From Scenedesmus sp. PABB004 (lineage: Eukaryota), in NCBI GenBank assembly GCA_014905635.1, contig JABVCE010000021.1, positions 558,001 through 622,000 of the forward strand: a stretch of DNA of 64,000 bases, given 5' to 3'. Under the pieces are notes generated by a model that worked only from the letters and a program-made list of their open reading frames with translations, was not told the origin of the DNA and searched no databases. Below are positions 12,020 to 23,223 of this stretch, piece by piece. The translations under genes and the position numbers were made by a program. Position 1 is the stretch's first letter. Every line of letters starts with the position of its first letter.

Positions 12020-14932
12020 ATGCCCAAGCGCAAGCTGGTGCTCGCGGTGAAGACGTGGGGCTCCGACGAGGCCAGTTTCGCGTGGCAGTATCTCAAGGGG
12101 CACGTCCTGCAGGCGAGGCGCGCCCCGCCCGCGCCCGGGCCCCGCCCACGCGCGCCGGCGCGCGGAGGGCTTCCGGCACGGGCGCGGGAGCTGGGCGCGC
12201 CGCGCGCGACGCCGCGCGCCGCCGCCGCCGCTGCTGCGGGCGCGCGCCGCGCCGCGCAGGGCAAGGATGGGGGCGTGTGGAACGACGAGCTGGTGGTCGT
12301 GCACGTCGGCAAGGCCAAGGACAAGGACAAGGAGCGCTGGGACCAGGGCGGCGCGGTGATCGCGCCGCTCGCGACCGCGCTCGCGCCGTACAAGCACGAC
12401 GTGTTCGACCTCGAGGTGCGGCGCCGCCGCCCGGGGACGGCAGCTGCGGCGAGCCCAGCGGCGCCCAGCGACAGCGGCGGCAGGCGGCGGCCGCGGGAGC
12501 AGCTGCCGCGATGCCGCAGCTGCCGCGATGCCGGCGCGATGCCGGCCCGCTGCCGCCGCCCCCGCGCGCAGGGCGACCCCGGGCCGCTGCTGGTTGACAT
12601 TGCCAACAAGGAGCAGGCAGACATCATCGTGCTGGGTGCGCGGCGGGGGCGGGGCAGGGCGGCGGGCCGCGGCGGCGGCGCAGCCGCTCGCAGGGCGGTG
12701 GCAGCGTAGCGGGCGGGCTCCGGCCCCCGCCGACGGCGCGCGCACGCCGCGCCCCTGAGCGCGCGCAGCGACGCGGGGGCGCAACGCGATGAAGGTGGCG
12801 GTACTGGGGAGCATGACGGAGTACGTCATGCAGCGCGCCGGCTGCGCGTGCCTCGTGGTCAAGCCCCAGGTCGGCGCGGGCGACACGTACCGCATGAAGA
12901 GCGCCGCGCAGCCGGCCGGCAACGCCGCGGCCGCGGCCGCGGTGAGCATCGATCGGCGCGCGCCCGGGCGCGGCGCCGCTGCCCCGGCGCGCCGCTCACG
13001 CCCCGCGCCGCCCGCCGGCCCCGCGCCGCGCCGCCCACGCGCCGCCCACGCGCCGCGCCGCTCACCGCGCCGCCACGCCGCTGCACCGCAGCTGCACTCG
13101 GTGCCGAGCATGCCGCCGCGTGCGCAGAGCCCCGGTTCGAGCCCCATGTACCGCATGGGCAGCCTGCCGGGCGCGACGCCGTTCAACCGCCGCGTCGCGA
13201 TCGCGTACGACACCACCGCGGCGGGGCGCTTCCTGCTGCGCTGGGCCGCCGACACGGTGCTGGAGCCGGCGGACAACGTCTTTGTCGTGCGCGCCGTGCC
13301 CAAGATGCGCAAGCCGGGGACGTCGTTCGCGGACCGCAGCAGCGTGCAGCGCCTCGCGGGCGACGCGCTCGTGGGGCTGCCGCACGTGACGACGTTCAAC
13401 CTGCAGGTCCGCGCGCCGCTTGCTCAGGGCGCCGCGCCCGCGCTCGTGCGCTCACGCCGCGCGCGCCGTCGCCGCGCTCACGCCGCCGCCGCGCGCGACG
13501 TGCCCCCGCGCGCGCACGCGCAGCGCCAGCAGGGCAACGCGCGCAAGGCGGTGCTCAACTTTGTGGCCAAGGAGAGCGTGGACCTGCTCATCATCGGCCT
13601 CTACAAGGGCGGCAGCCGGCGCAAGGGCCTCGGCCTGCGCGGCAACGCGGTCGCGGTCGCCAACAGGCGCGGCGCGGCGGCGCGGGGGAGAGGGCCGGAC
13701 CGGGGCCGGCGCGGCGGCGCGTGTGGCGCGCGCGCGCTGGGCGGCGGCGCGGCGCTGAGCGCGCCGCGCGGCGCCCGGCCGGCCGGCTTGCCACCCGCAG
13801 GAGCGCGTGCCCCTGCCTCGTCGTGCCGATGGGCGACGCCGCGCTCGCTGCGTGCGTCAAGGCGGCCGACCTGGAGCTCGCGGCGGCCGAGGAGGCGGAG
13901 CTCGCCAGCGGCAGCGAGTCCGACTCAGACGACGACGAGCTGGTCGGCACGCCCACGGGTGCGCGGCCGCCGCAAGCGGCCACGCGCACGGGCGGGCGGG
14001 CGGGTGGCCGCGCACGCGGGGCGGCCCCGGCGGCGCGGCGCCGCGCGGCACGGCCGCGTCGCGGCTGGGCCTGACGCGCGCCCTCGCGGCGCGGCGCCCC
14101 GTCCGCGCGCGCAGGCGCGGCGGGCGGCGCCTTTGCCGGCGACGGCGAGGACGGCACGCCGCCGGGCGCGTCGCCGCCGCCGGGCGAGGCCGTCGCGGGC
14201 AGCCCTGGCGAGCCGGGCGGGCTGTACGGCTTTGCGCGCGGCGGCAGCGCGGCAGCGATGAAGCAGATCCGCGCGCCGCTGGAAGCCTTCTTCAAGCGCC
14301 GCGGCGCCGCCGGCGGCACGCCCAGCCCCAGCGACGGCGGCGCCTGCCCCAGCCCGGGCGCCGGCGACGCGCGCCGCGCGGCGCTGCTCGCGGCGCTGCA
14401 GCACGGCGGCAGCGGCGGCGGCGCGCCGCCGCTCGCGCCGGGGCGATACGTGGTCGAGGTGGACGCGCACGGCACGGTGCGCAGCGTCAGGCCCGGCGGC
14501 GACGCGCGGCCGCACCACCACGGCCACGCCGGCGCGGGCGCCGAGGCGAGCCCCGTGCGCGCGAGCGACCCGGGCGTCTCCGCGGGCGGCGGCGACGGCG
14601 GCGACGGCGGCGCGTCGCTCGTCTTCCCCGCGCCCAGCGGCGGCAGCGGCGTCGGCAGCCCGCGCAAGCTGGCGGGCGCCGGCGCAGGCGCGGCGGGCGG
14701 CCCCGCGCCGCCCGGCGCCGCGGCGGCCAGCCCCGGCGCGGCGCCTGTGGACGCGCTGGAGCCCGAGGCGTCGCTGGAGGGCGGCCTGGCGGAGCGCGCC
14801 GGCAGCGCCGGCGCCGGCGCGGCTGCAGGCGCAGCCGTCGTCGCGGAGCTGCAGCGCGCGCTGGCGGAGCGCGACGCCGAGGTCGCGGCGCTGCGCGCGG
14901 CGCTGGAGCAGCAGCGGCTGCAGGGCGCGTGA
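12020..14932 (+). CDS. Tandem universal stress protein (USP) domain protein with a low-complexity/coiled-coil tail
   Basis: USP1: RKLVLAV...GDPGPLLVDIANKEQADIIVL..TRGRNAMKVAVLGSMTEYVMQRAGCACLVVK. USP2: RRVAIAYD...GNARKAVLNFVAKESVDLLIIG...LRGNAVAVANRSACPCLVVP. About seven introns. Tail ELQRALAERDAEVAALRAALEQQ. Confidence 0.8.
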
Positions 14933-15304
14933 TGGGGCCGAGGGGGGCGGTGTTTGCGCCGCTGCAACCCGTGCGTGGGCCCGGACGCGTCCCCGCCGTG
15001 CGGCGGCGGCGCGCGCAGCGGCGCCGGCGCGGCAGCCCGGCACGGCCGCCCGCCCCGCCTGCAGCGACACAGTGATCGCGGCAGCGGTGTTCCGGGCGCC
15101 CAGGCATCAAAAGGGCGCCTGCAGCCGGCAGGGCGGTCATTAACATGCCCGCCCAGGTCCCTGCCGGCGCGGGCGCGCGATTGCCAGGGTCCGGCCGCCC
15201 GATTGGGGCCCCCACACTTTCCGGGCAGGGACGCCCCGTGCCGCGCCGTCGCATCCCCCCGACACATCCCTGCCGACGCCTGCTGCGGCAGCAGGGCGGC
15301 AGCA

Positions 15305-17658
15305 ATGGCGCACCTGCTCAAGGGCGGCGCCCCTGGCGTGCTGAGCGGCAGCACGCGCCAGGGCGCGCGCGTGGCGGGGCTGGCGCCCAAGCACGCGGCC
15401 GGGCGCGCCCGGCGGGCGCTCCGCTGCTCGGCGATGGCGCCCAGCAGCTTCATGGGCGCGCGCCTCGTCCGCGCCGCGCCCGTGGCGGTGGGGCCGCGCC
15501 GTGGCGGCGCCCGGGGCAAGGGCCTGGTCGTGCGCGCCATGTTTGAGCGCTTCACGGAGAAGGCCATCAAGGTGCGCCCCCCGCGCCGGGGCGCCGGGGC
15601 GCCCCGCCAGCGCCGCCCGGGGCTGGCCAGGGCGACGCCCCAGCGATCGGGGCGTGGTGGCGGCCCGCCCGGTGCCCACGGCGGGCGTTTTCCGGGGCGC
15701 GCGATCGGTGGCCCAGGGCTGCCGCGCCCCGCGCGCCCCCTGCGCGCCGCGGGGCGCCCCCCGGCGGCGCATGGCCGCGCTCCGCGCATGGCCGCGCGAG
15801 GCGGGGCGATGCGGGCGCCGTGCGCGGCGGCGACGCTACCACGGCCGGGCTGAGGCCGCGCCGCCGCTGCCGCCGCCGCCGCCGCGGCGCCCGCGCAGGT
15901 CGTCATGCTGGCGCAGGAGGAGGCGCGCCGGCTGGGCCACAACTTCGGTGCGTCGCCGCGCGGCCCGCGCGAGCGGCGGGAGGGCGCGGCGGGAGGGCCA
16001 GCGGGCGCACGAGCGTTGGCGCCGCCGCTGCCGCGCGCGCACAGCAGCGGCGTCGGCGGCGGTCGCGGCAGCAGCGCGCAGCAGCGGCAGGAGTCCAGGG
16101 CGCCCCTGCCGCGCCGGCGGTCGCGCGGCCGGCGGCGCATGCGCGCGCGGCCCCCTCCATGCGCGCGGCCGCGGCCCGACGCCGCCGCCGGCCGCCCGTC
16201 CCGCGCGCGCCCCCCCTCCCCCTCCCCCTGCCCCGCAGTCGGCACGGAGCAGATCCTGCTGGGCCTGATCGGCGAGTCGACGGGCATCGCGGCCAAGGTG
16301 CTCAAGTCGATGGGCGTCAACCTCAAGGACGCGCGCGTCGAGGTGGAGAAGATCATCGGCCGCGGCAGCGGCTTTGTGGCCGTTGAGATTCCCTTCACCC
16401 CGCGCGCGAAGCGCGTGCTCGAGCTCTCGCTCGAGGAGGCGCGCCAGCTGGGTGCGTGCGGCGGCGCGGCGGCGCGGCGCGGCGCGGCTGCGGCGCGGCG
16501 GCGGTCGACGCGCGCGGCGCGGCGGCGGCGCGCGCGCGGCCGGCTGACGTTTGAACGACCCGCGCTGACCGCCCCGCCCGCCAGGCCACAACTACATCGG
16601 CACCGAGCACATCCTGCTCGGCCTGCTGCGCGAGGGCGAGGGCGTCGCGGCGCGCGTGCTGGAGACGCTCGGCGCCGACCCGTCCAAGATCCGCACGCAG
16701 GCGCGCGGCGCGGCGCGGCGCGGGCGACTGGCGCAAGAAACGAACGCCGCCCGCCGCCGCGCGCCGCCGCGCCCGCGCCGACGCCCCGCGCCCGCCGCCG
16801 CCACTGCCGCCGTGCGCCCCGCAGGTCATCCGCATGGTCGGCGAGAGCCAGGAGGCGGTCGGCGCGGGCGTCGGCGGCGGCAGCGCGGGCAGCAACAAGA
16901 TGCCCACGCTGGAGGAGTACGGCACCAACCTCACCCGCCAGGCCGAGGAGGTGCGCGGGCGGGGCACACATCAGCGGCGCGCCGCAGCGCGCGGGGCCCT
17001 GCGGCGCGCCGCCGGGGGGCGGCCTCGCGCCGCGCCGTGCGGGCTCAGGCTCTGCCCCCCCCCCCCTCTCCTCGCACAGGGCAAGCTGGACCCCGTGGTC
17101 GGGCGCAAGAAGGAGATTGAGCGCGTCATCCAGATCCTCGGCCGCCGCACCAAGAACAACCCCTGCCTCATCGGCGAGCCCGGTGCGCAGCGGCGGCGGC
17201 GTGTGTGGGGCGCGCGGGGCGCTGCGCGCGGCGCGCAGCGGGGCGGCGCTGCGCGCGGCGGCGCTGTGTGCAGCGCGGCGGCGCGCGGCGCGGCGGCGGG
17301 GCGGCGGCCGACCCGCCGCCCGCGCGCGCGCGCGCAGGCGTGGGCAAGACGGCCGTGGCGGAGGGCCTCGCGCAGAAGATCGCGACCGGCGACGTGCCGG
17401 AGACGATCGAGGGCAAGCAGGTGCGCCCCCACGCCGCGCCGCGCCCCGCTCCCCGCAGCTCCTCCCCCGCGCCTCGTCTCCCCCCTCTCCCTCTCCCCCC
17501 TCTCCCTCTTCCCCCTCGCGTCCCCTCTCCCGCCTCGCACATGCCCGCCCACACCTGCCCGCACACACCCACACACCGCCACCCGCCCACCCGCCCACCC
17601 GCCCGCCCGCCCACCCGCCCCCCGCCAGGTCATCACGCTCGACATGGGCCTGCTCGTC

Positions 17659-17697
<39 letters not shown>

Positions 17698-20600
17698 AAG
17701 AAGCTCATGGATGAGATCAAGCAGAACGACGAGATCATCCTGGTGGGTGTGGGGTTAGGGCAATGGGGAGGCAGCGGGGGAGGCAGTGGGGGAGGAGGCG
17801 GAGAGACGGGGGCGGCAGAGGGACGGGGGCGGCGCGCGGGCACGCGAGAACGGGGGCGTCGGGAGATGGGAGCGGGCGCCGCGGGCGCGGCGGGAGCCGT
17901 CTGTCTCGCAGCGGGCGCCGCGCGCGCTGGGGCGGCGCGGGGGAGGGGCGGGCGGGCGCCTGGGAGGGCCGCGGCTGCGGTGCGCTGCTGCTGCTCCCCC
18001 GCAGCGCGCGCCCACGCCCCTCCCCGCCCCGTGCGCGCTCGCGCTGCGCGCTCGCGCTGCGCGCCCCGCCAGATGATTGACGAGGTGCACACCCTCATCG
18101 GCGCGGGCGCGGCCGAGGGCGCGATCGACGCCGCCAACATCCTCAAGCCCGCGCTCGCGCGCGGCGAGCTGCAGGCGCGCGCAGCGCCGCCGCCGCGCAC
18201 GCCGCCTGCCCCCGCGCGCGCACCTGGCGCTCGCCCTGCCCGCGCCGACCGCTGCTTACTCACCCGCCTGCCCCCCCCCCCACCACCACCACCGCCACCA
18301 ACGCAGTGCATCGGCGCGACCACGCTGGACGAGTACCGCAAGCACATTGAGAAGGACCCCGCGCTCGAGCGGTGCGGCGCGCGCCAGCCCGCCTCACCCC
18401 ACCCACACCCAGCCCACGCGCGCCGCTCCCGCGCCGGCGCCCGCGCCGCTGTCGCGCCGACCCCCACGCGCTCATCCCCCGTGCCGCGCCCGCGCCCGCG
18501 CCCCGCGCCCGCGCCCCGCCCCGCGCCCGCGCGCGCGCAGTCGCTTCCAGCCCGTGACGGTGCCTGAGCCGTCGATCGAGGAGACGTACGAGATCCTGCA
18601 GGCACGGCGGCTGAGGGGCTGGCTGGGAGGGGCTGGCTGTGAGAGGGGCTGGCTGGGAGGGGCTGGGAAGGGTGGGCGGAGCGCGGCGCGGCGCAGCGCG
18701 CCGTCGCCCACGTCGACTGACGCGCGCCGCGCCGCGCCCGCCCCGTCTGCCCTGCCCCTCTGCCCCGCCGGCCGCCCCACCTCCCGCGCCACGCAGGGCC
18801 TGCGCGAGCGCTACGAGGCGCACCACAAGCTGCGCTACACCGACGAGGCGCTCATGGCGGCGGCCAAGTACAGCAGCCAGTACATCAGCGACCGCTTCCT
18901 CCCCGACAAGGTGCGCGGCTGGGGGGGGGGGCTGGGCGTGTGGGGCTGGGCATGTGGGCGGGGGCGGGGCGTGGTTTGGGTGGGTGGGGGTGAGGGTGTG
19001 TGGGGGCGGCGGCAGGGCCCGGCAGGGGCTGGCGGCAGGGGCGGCAGCGGGCAGCAGGCGGCAGCGGCCACCGCGACGGCCGCAGCAGCAGCGAGCCCCT
19101 GCGCGCTGACTCTGCCCCGCTCCCTCTGCCCCCCTCTGCCCCCCTCTGCCCCCCTCTGCCCCCCTCTGCCCCCCCCCCCCCCCCCAGGCGATCGACCTGA
19201 TCGACGAGGCGGGGTCGCGCGTGCGCCTGCGGCACATCCAGCTGCCCGAGGAGGCGCGCGAGCTCGACAAGGAGCTCAAGCAGGCAAGCGCCGCAGCACG
19301 CAGCACGAGCACGCAGCACGCAGCGCGGCGCGCGGGCGGTTGGGGGCCCCGGGGACAGGCTGTTTGGGGTGGTGCGGGCTGACGTGCGGGGCTGGCCGCG
19401 CGGCCCGCGGGGAGCAGCGCGGCGCCACGCCCGCAGCCGCCGCGCCCGCGCCCGCCGCGCGCTCACCCGGCCGCCTCCCCCCTCCCCGCCGCGCCTGCGC
19501 ACCTGCTGCACCCTGCGCCTGCGCGCGACCGTCCGCAGGTGACCAAGGACAAGGACGCGGCGGTGCGCGGGCAGGACTTTGAGAAGGCGGGGCAGCTGCG
19601 CGACCGCGAGATGGAGCTCAAGGCCAAGATCAGCGCCATCATCGCGGGCGCCAAGGAGCAGGGCAAGGCCGAGGCGGAGAGCGTCGAGGGCGGCGGCCCG
19701 CAGGCGCGCGCGCGCGCGGGGGCGGCGGGGCGCGCGGCGCGCGGCGGCGGGGCTCGGCCGGCGCGCGCGCGCCCGCCCCCTCCTCTCCCTCCCTCTCTTT
19801 CCCGCCACACGCGCTCTCTCTCTCACACACACACGCTCACACACCCCACACGCGTCCCTCCCCCCGCCCCGCCGCGCAGGTGAACGAGCAGGACATTGCC
19901 AACATCGTCGCGCAGTGGACGGGCATCCCGATCGAGAAGGTCAGCGCCGACGAGACGGAGCGGCTCATCAAGATGGAGGAGGTGCTGCACGGCCGCGTCA
20001 TCGGCCAGGTGCGTGCGCGGCGTGGGTGTGTGCGCGTGGGCGTGTGCGCGTGTGGGTGTGGGTGTGGGTGTGGGTGTGGGTGTGGGTGGTGGGCAGGGGG
20101 GAGCGTGGGCGCCGGCGTGGGCGCCAGCGCGGGCGCCGGCGGGCGGCAGGCCGCGGCCCCGCGCGGCGCGCGCGCTCACGCCCCGCCCCGTGCCTGCACG
20201 CCGCCGCCGCGCAGGAGGAGGCGGTGTCGGCGATCAGCCGCGCCATCCGCCGCGCGCGCGTGGGGCTGAAGAACCCCAACCGCCCCATCGCGAGCTTCAT
20301 CTTTGCCGGCCCCACCGGTGCGGCGCGGCGGCTGCTCTGACGCGGCAGCAGCGCGCGGCTGCGGCGCGCGGCGCCGGCAGGGCGCAGCGGCAGCAGCGCG
20401 CGGCGGCAGCGCGCGGCGGCAGCAGCGCGCGGCAGCAGCGCGCGGCGGCAGCGCGCGGCGGCAGCGCGCGGCGGCAGGCCCTCGCGCACGACCCCTCGCC
20501 CCCGCCGCCGCCGCCCGACTGCCTCTGCGCCCCGCCCCCGCCTGCCGCCGCCGCCGCCGCGTCGCGCCGCGGCTCAGGCGTGGGCAAGAGCGAGCTGGCC

Positions 20601-20969
20601 AAGACGCTGGCGAGCTACTACTTTGGGAGCGAGGACGCCATGGTGCGCGCCGCGGCGCCGCAGCCCTGCCCTCACAGCGCGCGCACAGCGCGCACAGCAC
20701 GCGGCGCAGCACGCACAGCGCGTCGCGCCGCGCCGCGCCCCGCGCACCCCTCCAAACCCGCGCCCGACCAACCCCTGCGCCCCCGCTCCGCCCCCAGGTG
20801 CGGCTGGACATGAGCGAGTTCATGGAGCGCCACACCGTGTCCAAGCTCATCGGCTCCCCGCCCGGTGCGCACGCACGCCCTGCCGCGCCGCGCCTGCCGC
20901 GCCTGCCGCGCCTGCTGCACGCGGCACGCCGTGCCGCGCACGCTGCCGTGCCCGCGCTCACCCGCCCGC

Positions 20970-21023
<54 letters not shown>

Positions 21024-22611
21024 AGGCTACGTGGGGTACCAGGAGGGCGGGCAGCTGACCGAGGCGGTGCGGCGGCGGCCGTACACGGTCGTGCTGTTTG
21101 ATGAGATCGAGAAGGCCCACCCTGACGTCTTCAACATGATGCTCCAGGTGCGGGGGACGGCCTGCACACCCGCGCCGCTAGGCATAGATGGCAGCGGCCG
21201 CAGAAGCGCGGCAACAGGGGGCGGGGCTGGGCTCGCGGCGCGGCGGCGCCCGCTGCGCCCGCCGCGCCCTCCCTCGCTCCCTCCCCGAGCGCCGCCGCCC
21301 GCTCACGCCCCCGCCCCGCCGCCCACCCCGCACACCCGCCCAGATCCTGGAGGACGGCCGCCTGACCGACAGCAAGGGCCGCACGGTCGACTTTAAGAAC
21401 ACGCTCATCATCATGACCAGCAACGTCGGCGCGAGCGTCATCGAGAAGGGCGGCCGCAGCTTCGGCTTCTTCCTGCGCCCCGACGACGAGGAGGCCGAGC
21501 AGGTGACGCGCGGGGGGTGGCGGGCGGGCTGGCCGGCGCCACGCGAGCTGCGTGGGCAGGCTGCGGGCGCGAGCGGGCGCGGCTGCGTGCGCGGCCGCCT
21601 GACTCGAGACACCCACTCGCCCACGCCCACACCCATGCTCGCACGCACACCCGCACCCACGCACCCACACACCACACACTCACACCCGCACCCGCACCCA
21701 CACACCACACACTCACACCCGCACCCGCACCCACACACCACACACTTACACCCACACACACACTCGCACCCGCACCCGCACCCGCACCCGCACCCCCCCC
21801 CCCCCGCTCCCCCGCAGGACATGAGCTACAGCCGCATCAAGTCGCTCGTGAACGAGGAGCTCAAGAGCTACTTCAGGCCCGAGTTCCTCAACCGCCTCGA
21901 CGAGATCATCGTCTTCCGCCAGCTCACCAAGAAGGAGGTCAAGCAGGTGCGCCGCGCGTGGGGGCGTGTGCGCGCGTGTGTTGCGCGTGAGCGCGCGCGT
22001 GCGTGTGTGTGCCGAGCGCGCGGCGGCACGCGCGCGCTGCCCACGCGCTCGCGCGCTCGCGCGCCGCGCGTCCGCGTGCGCGCAGATTGCGGACATCATG
22101 CTCCGCGACGTCTTCAAGCGCGGCGAGGAGAAGGGGCTGAAGATCGAGGTGACCGAGAAGTTCAAGGACAGGTGCGTGCTGTGTGAGCGTGTGAGCGTGT
22201 GTGTGTGTGGGGGGGGGGCTGGCAGAGCGGCGCGGCGCCACGCGACGCCGCCGCACGCGCGCTCTCTCTCTCGCTCTCTCTCTCCCTCCCTCCCTCTCTC
22301 TCTGTCTCTCCCTCTCCCCCTCCCTCTCTCTCTCTCTCTTTGCTGCCTTCTCACTCGCTCTCACACCCCCACCCCCCACCCAACAAAGGCTCGTCGACGA
22401 GGGCTTCAACCCCGCGTACGGCGCGCGGCCGCTGCGGCGCGCGATCATGCGGCTCATCGAGGACTGCCTCGCGGAGCGCATCCTCATGGGCGACATCAAG
22501 GAGGGCGACGTCGTCATCATGGACGTGGAACCCGACGGCGCGATCGCGGTGCTCGCGGGCGACAAGAAGATGCGGCAAGTCATGGACGCCACGCCCGCGG
22601 GCATCTCCTAG
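15305..22611 (+). CDS. CLPC: Chloroplast ClpC/Hsp93 AAA+ chaperone; 23 exons
   Basis: Transit peptide, then [12 protein letters not shown]. Clp-N repeats, NBD1 (GEPGVGKT, IDEVH), UVR region ([15 protein letters not shown]) and NBD2 ([38 protein letters not shown]). All 22 introns splice in frame (17 GT-AG, 5 GC-AG). Confidence 0.98.
19122..19185 (+). repeat. Intronic (CCCCTCTGCC)x5 followed by a poly-C run before the acceptor
   Basis: Read directly in ClpC intron 18911-19187. Confidence 0.9.
20973..21023 (+). repeat. 51-nt poly-C tract abutting an acceptor AG
   Basis: Read directly in ClpC intron 20865-21025. Confidence 0.9.
21645..21805 (+). repeat. Intronic CA-rich (CACACC/CACCCG) compound repeat
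   Basis: Lies in ClpC intron 21503-21817. A complementary (GGGTGT)n occurs at about 20049-20088 and (CT)n at about 22262-22340. Confidence 0.8.
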
Positions 22612-23066
22612 GCGCGCCGCGCAGCGCGCGGCCGCGGAGGAGGCGCAAGGAGGAGGAGCGAGGCGGGGGAGCAAGGCGGAGGAGGAGCAAGGAGGAGGAG
22701 GGCGGCGCGCCGGCGCGCCGGGGCCGAGGGGCGGGGACGGCGCCGGCGGCGGCGGGCATGGTGGTGGCGGTGCGGCGCGCGCGGGTAGCGAGCAGCAGGG
22801 CGGGCGACGGGGGCAGCGGCGCCGCGCCGGCGCGCCGGGCTCATTGGGCCGGCGCGGCCGCGCGCGCCGGCGCCGCGGGAGGGGGGCGGGGGAGTTGGCG
22901 GCGCGGCGCGGCGCGCGCGGGGGGGCCCCCGGCTGTAGCAATAGCAGGGCTGACGTCAGGCTGCACGTACACACACGCTTTGCCTGGGCGATTCGGGGGC
23001 GCCCGCGCGGCACGCCCGCCCGCAGCCGCCTCTCGCTGCTGCTGCGCGGACTGCGGCGGCGCGGGA

Positions 23067-23071
23067 TGTAA
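23067..23071 (+). terminator. Putative TGTAA polyadenylation signal for ClpC
   Basis: TGTAA is the known chlorophycean poly(A) signal. It lies about 455 nt after the ClpC stop. Confidence 0.5.
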
Positions 23072-23223
23072 CTCTCTCATTTCACCCCGCCGCCACAGCA
23101 GCCAAACGACCGCCGCGCGGGCGCACGCCCAAGCCGCCGTCCGGCCGTGCCCGCCGCGTGCCCCGCGCGTTCGCTGCCGCCCAGCTGCCGCGGCAGCTGC
23201 AGCGCAGCCGTGTGTGTGGCTCA

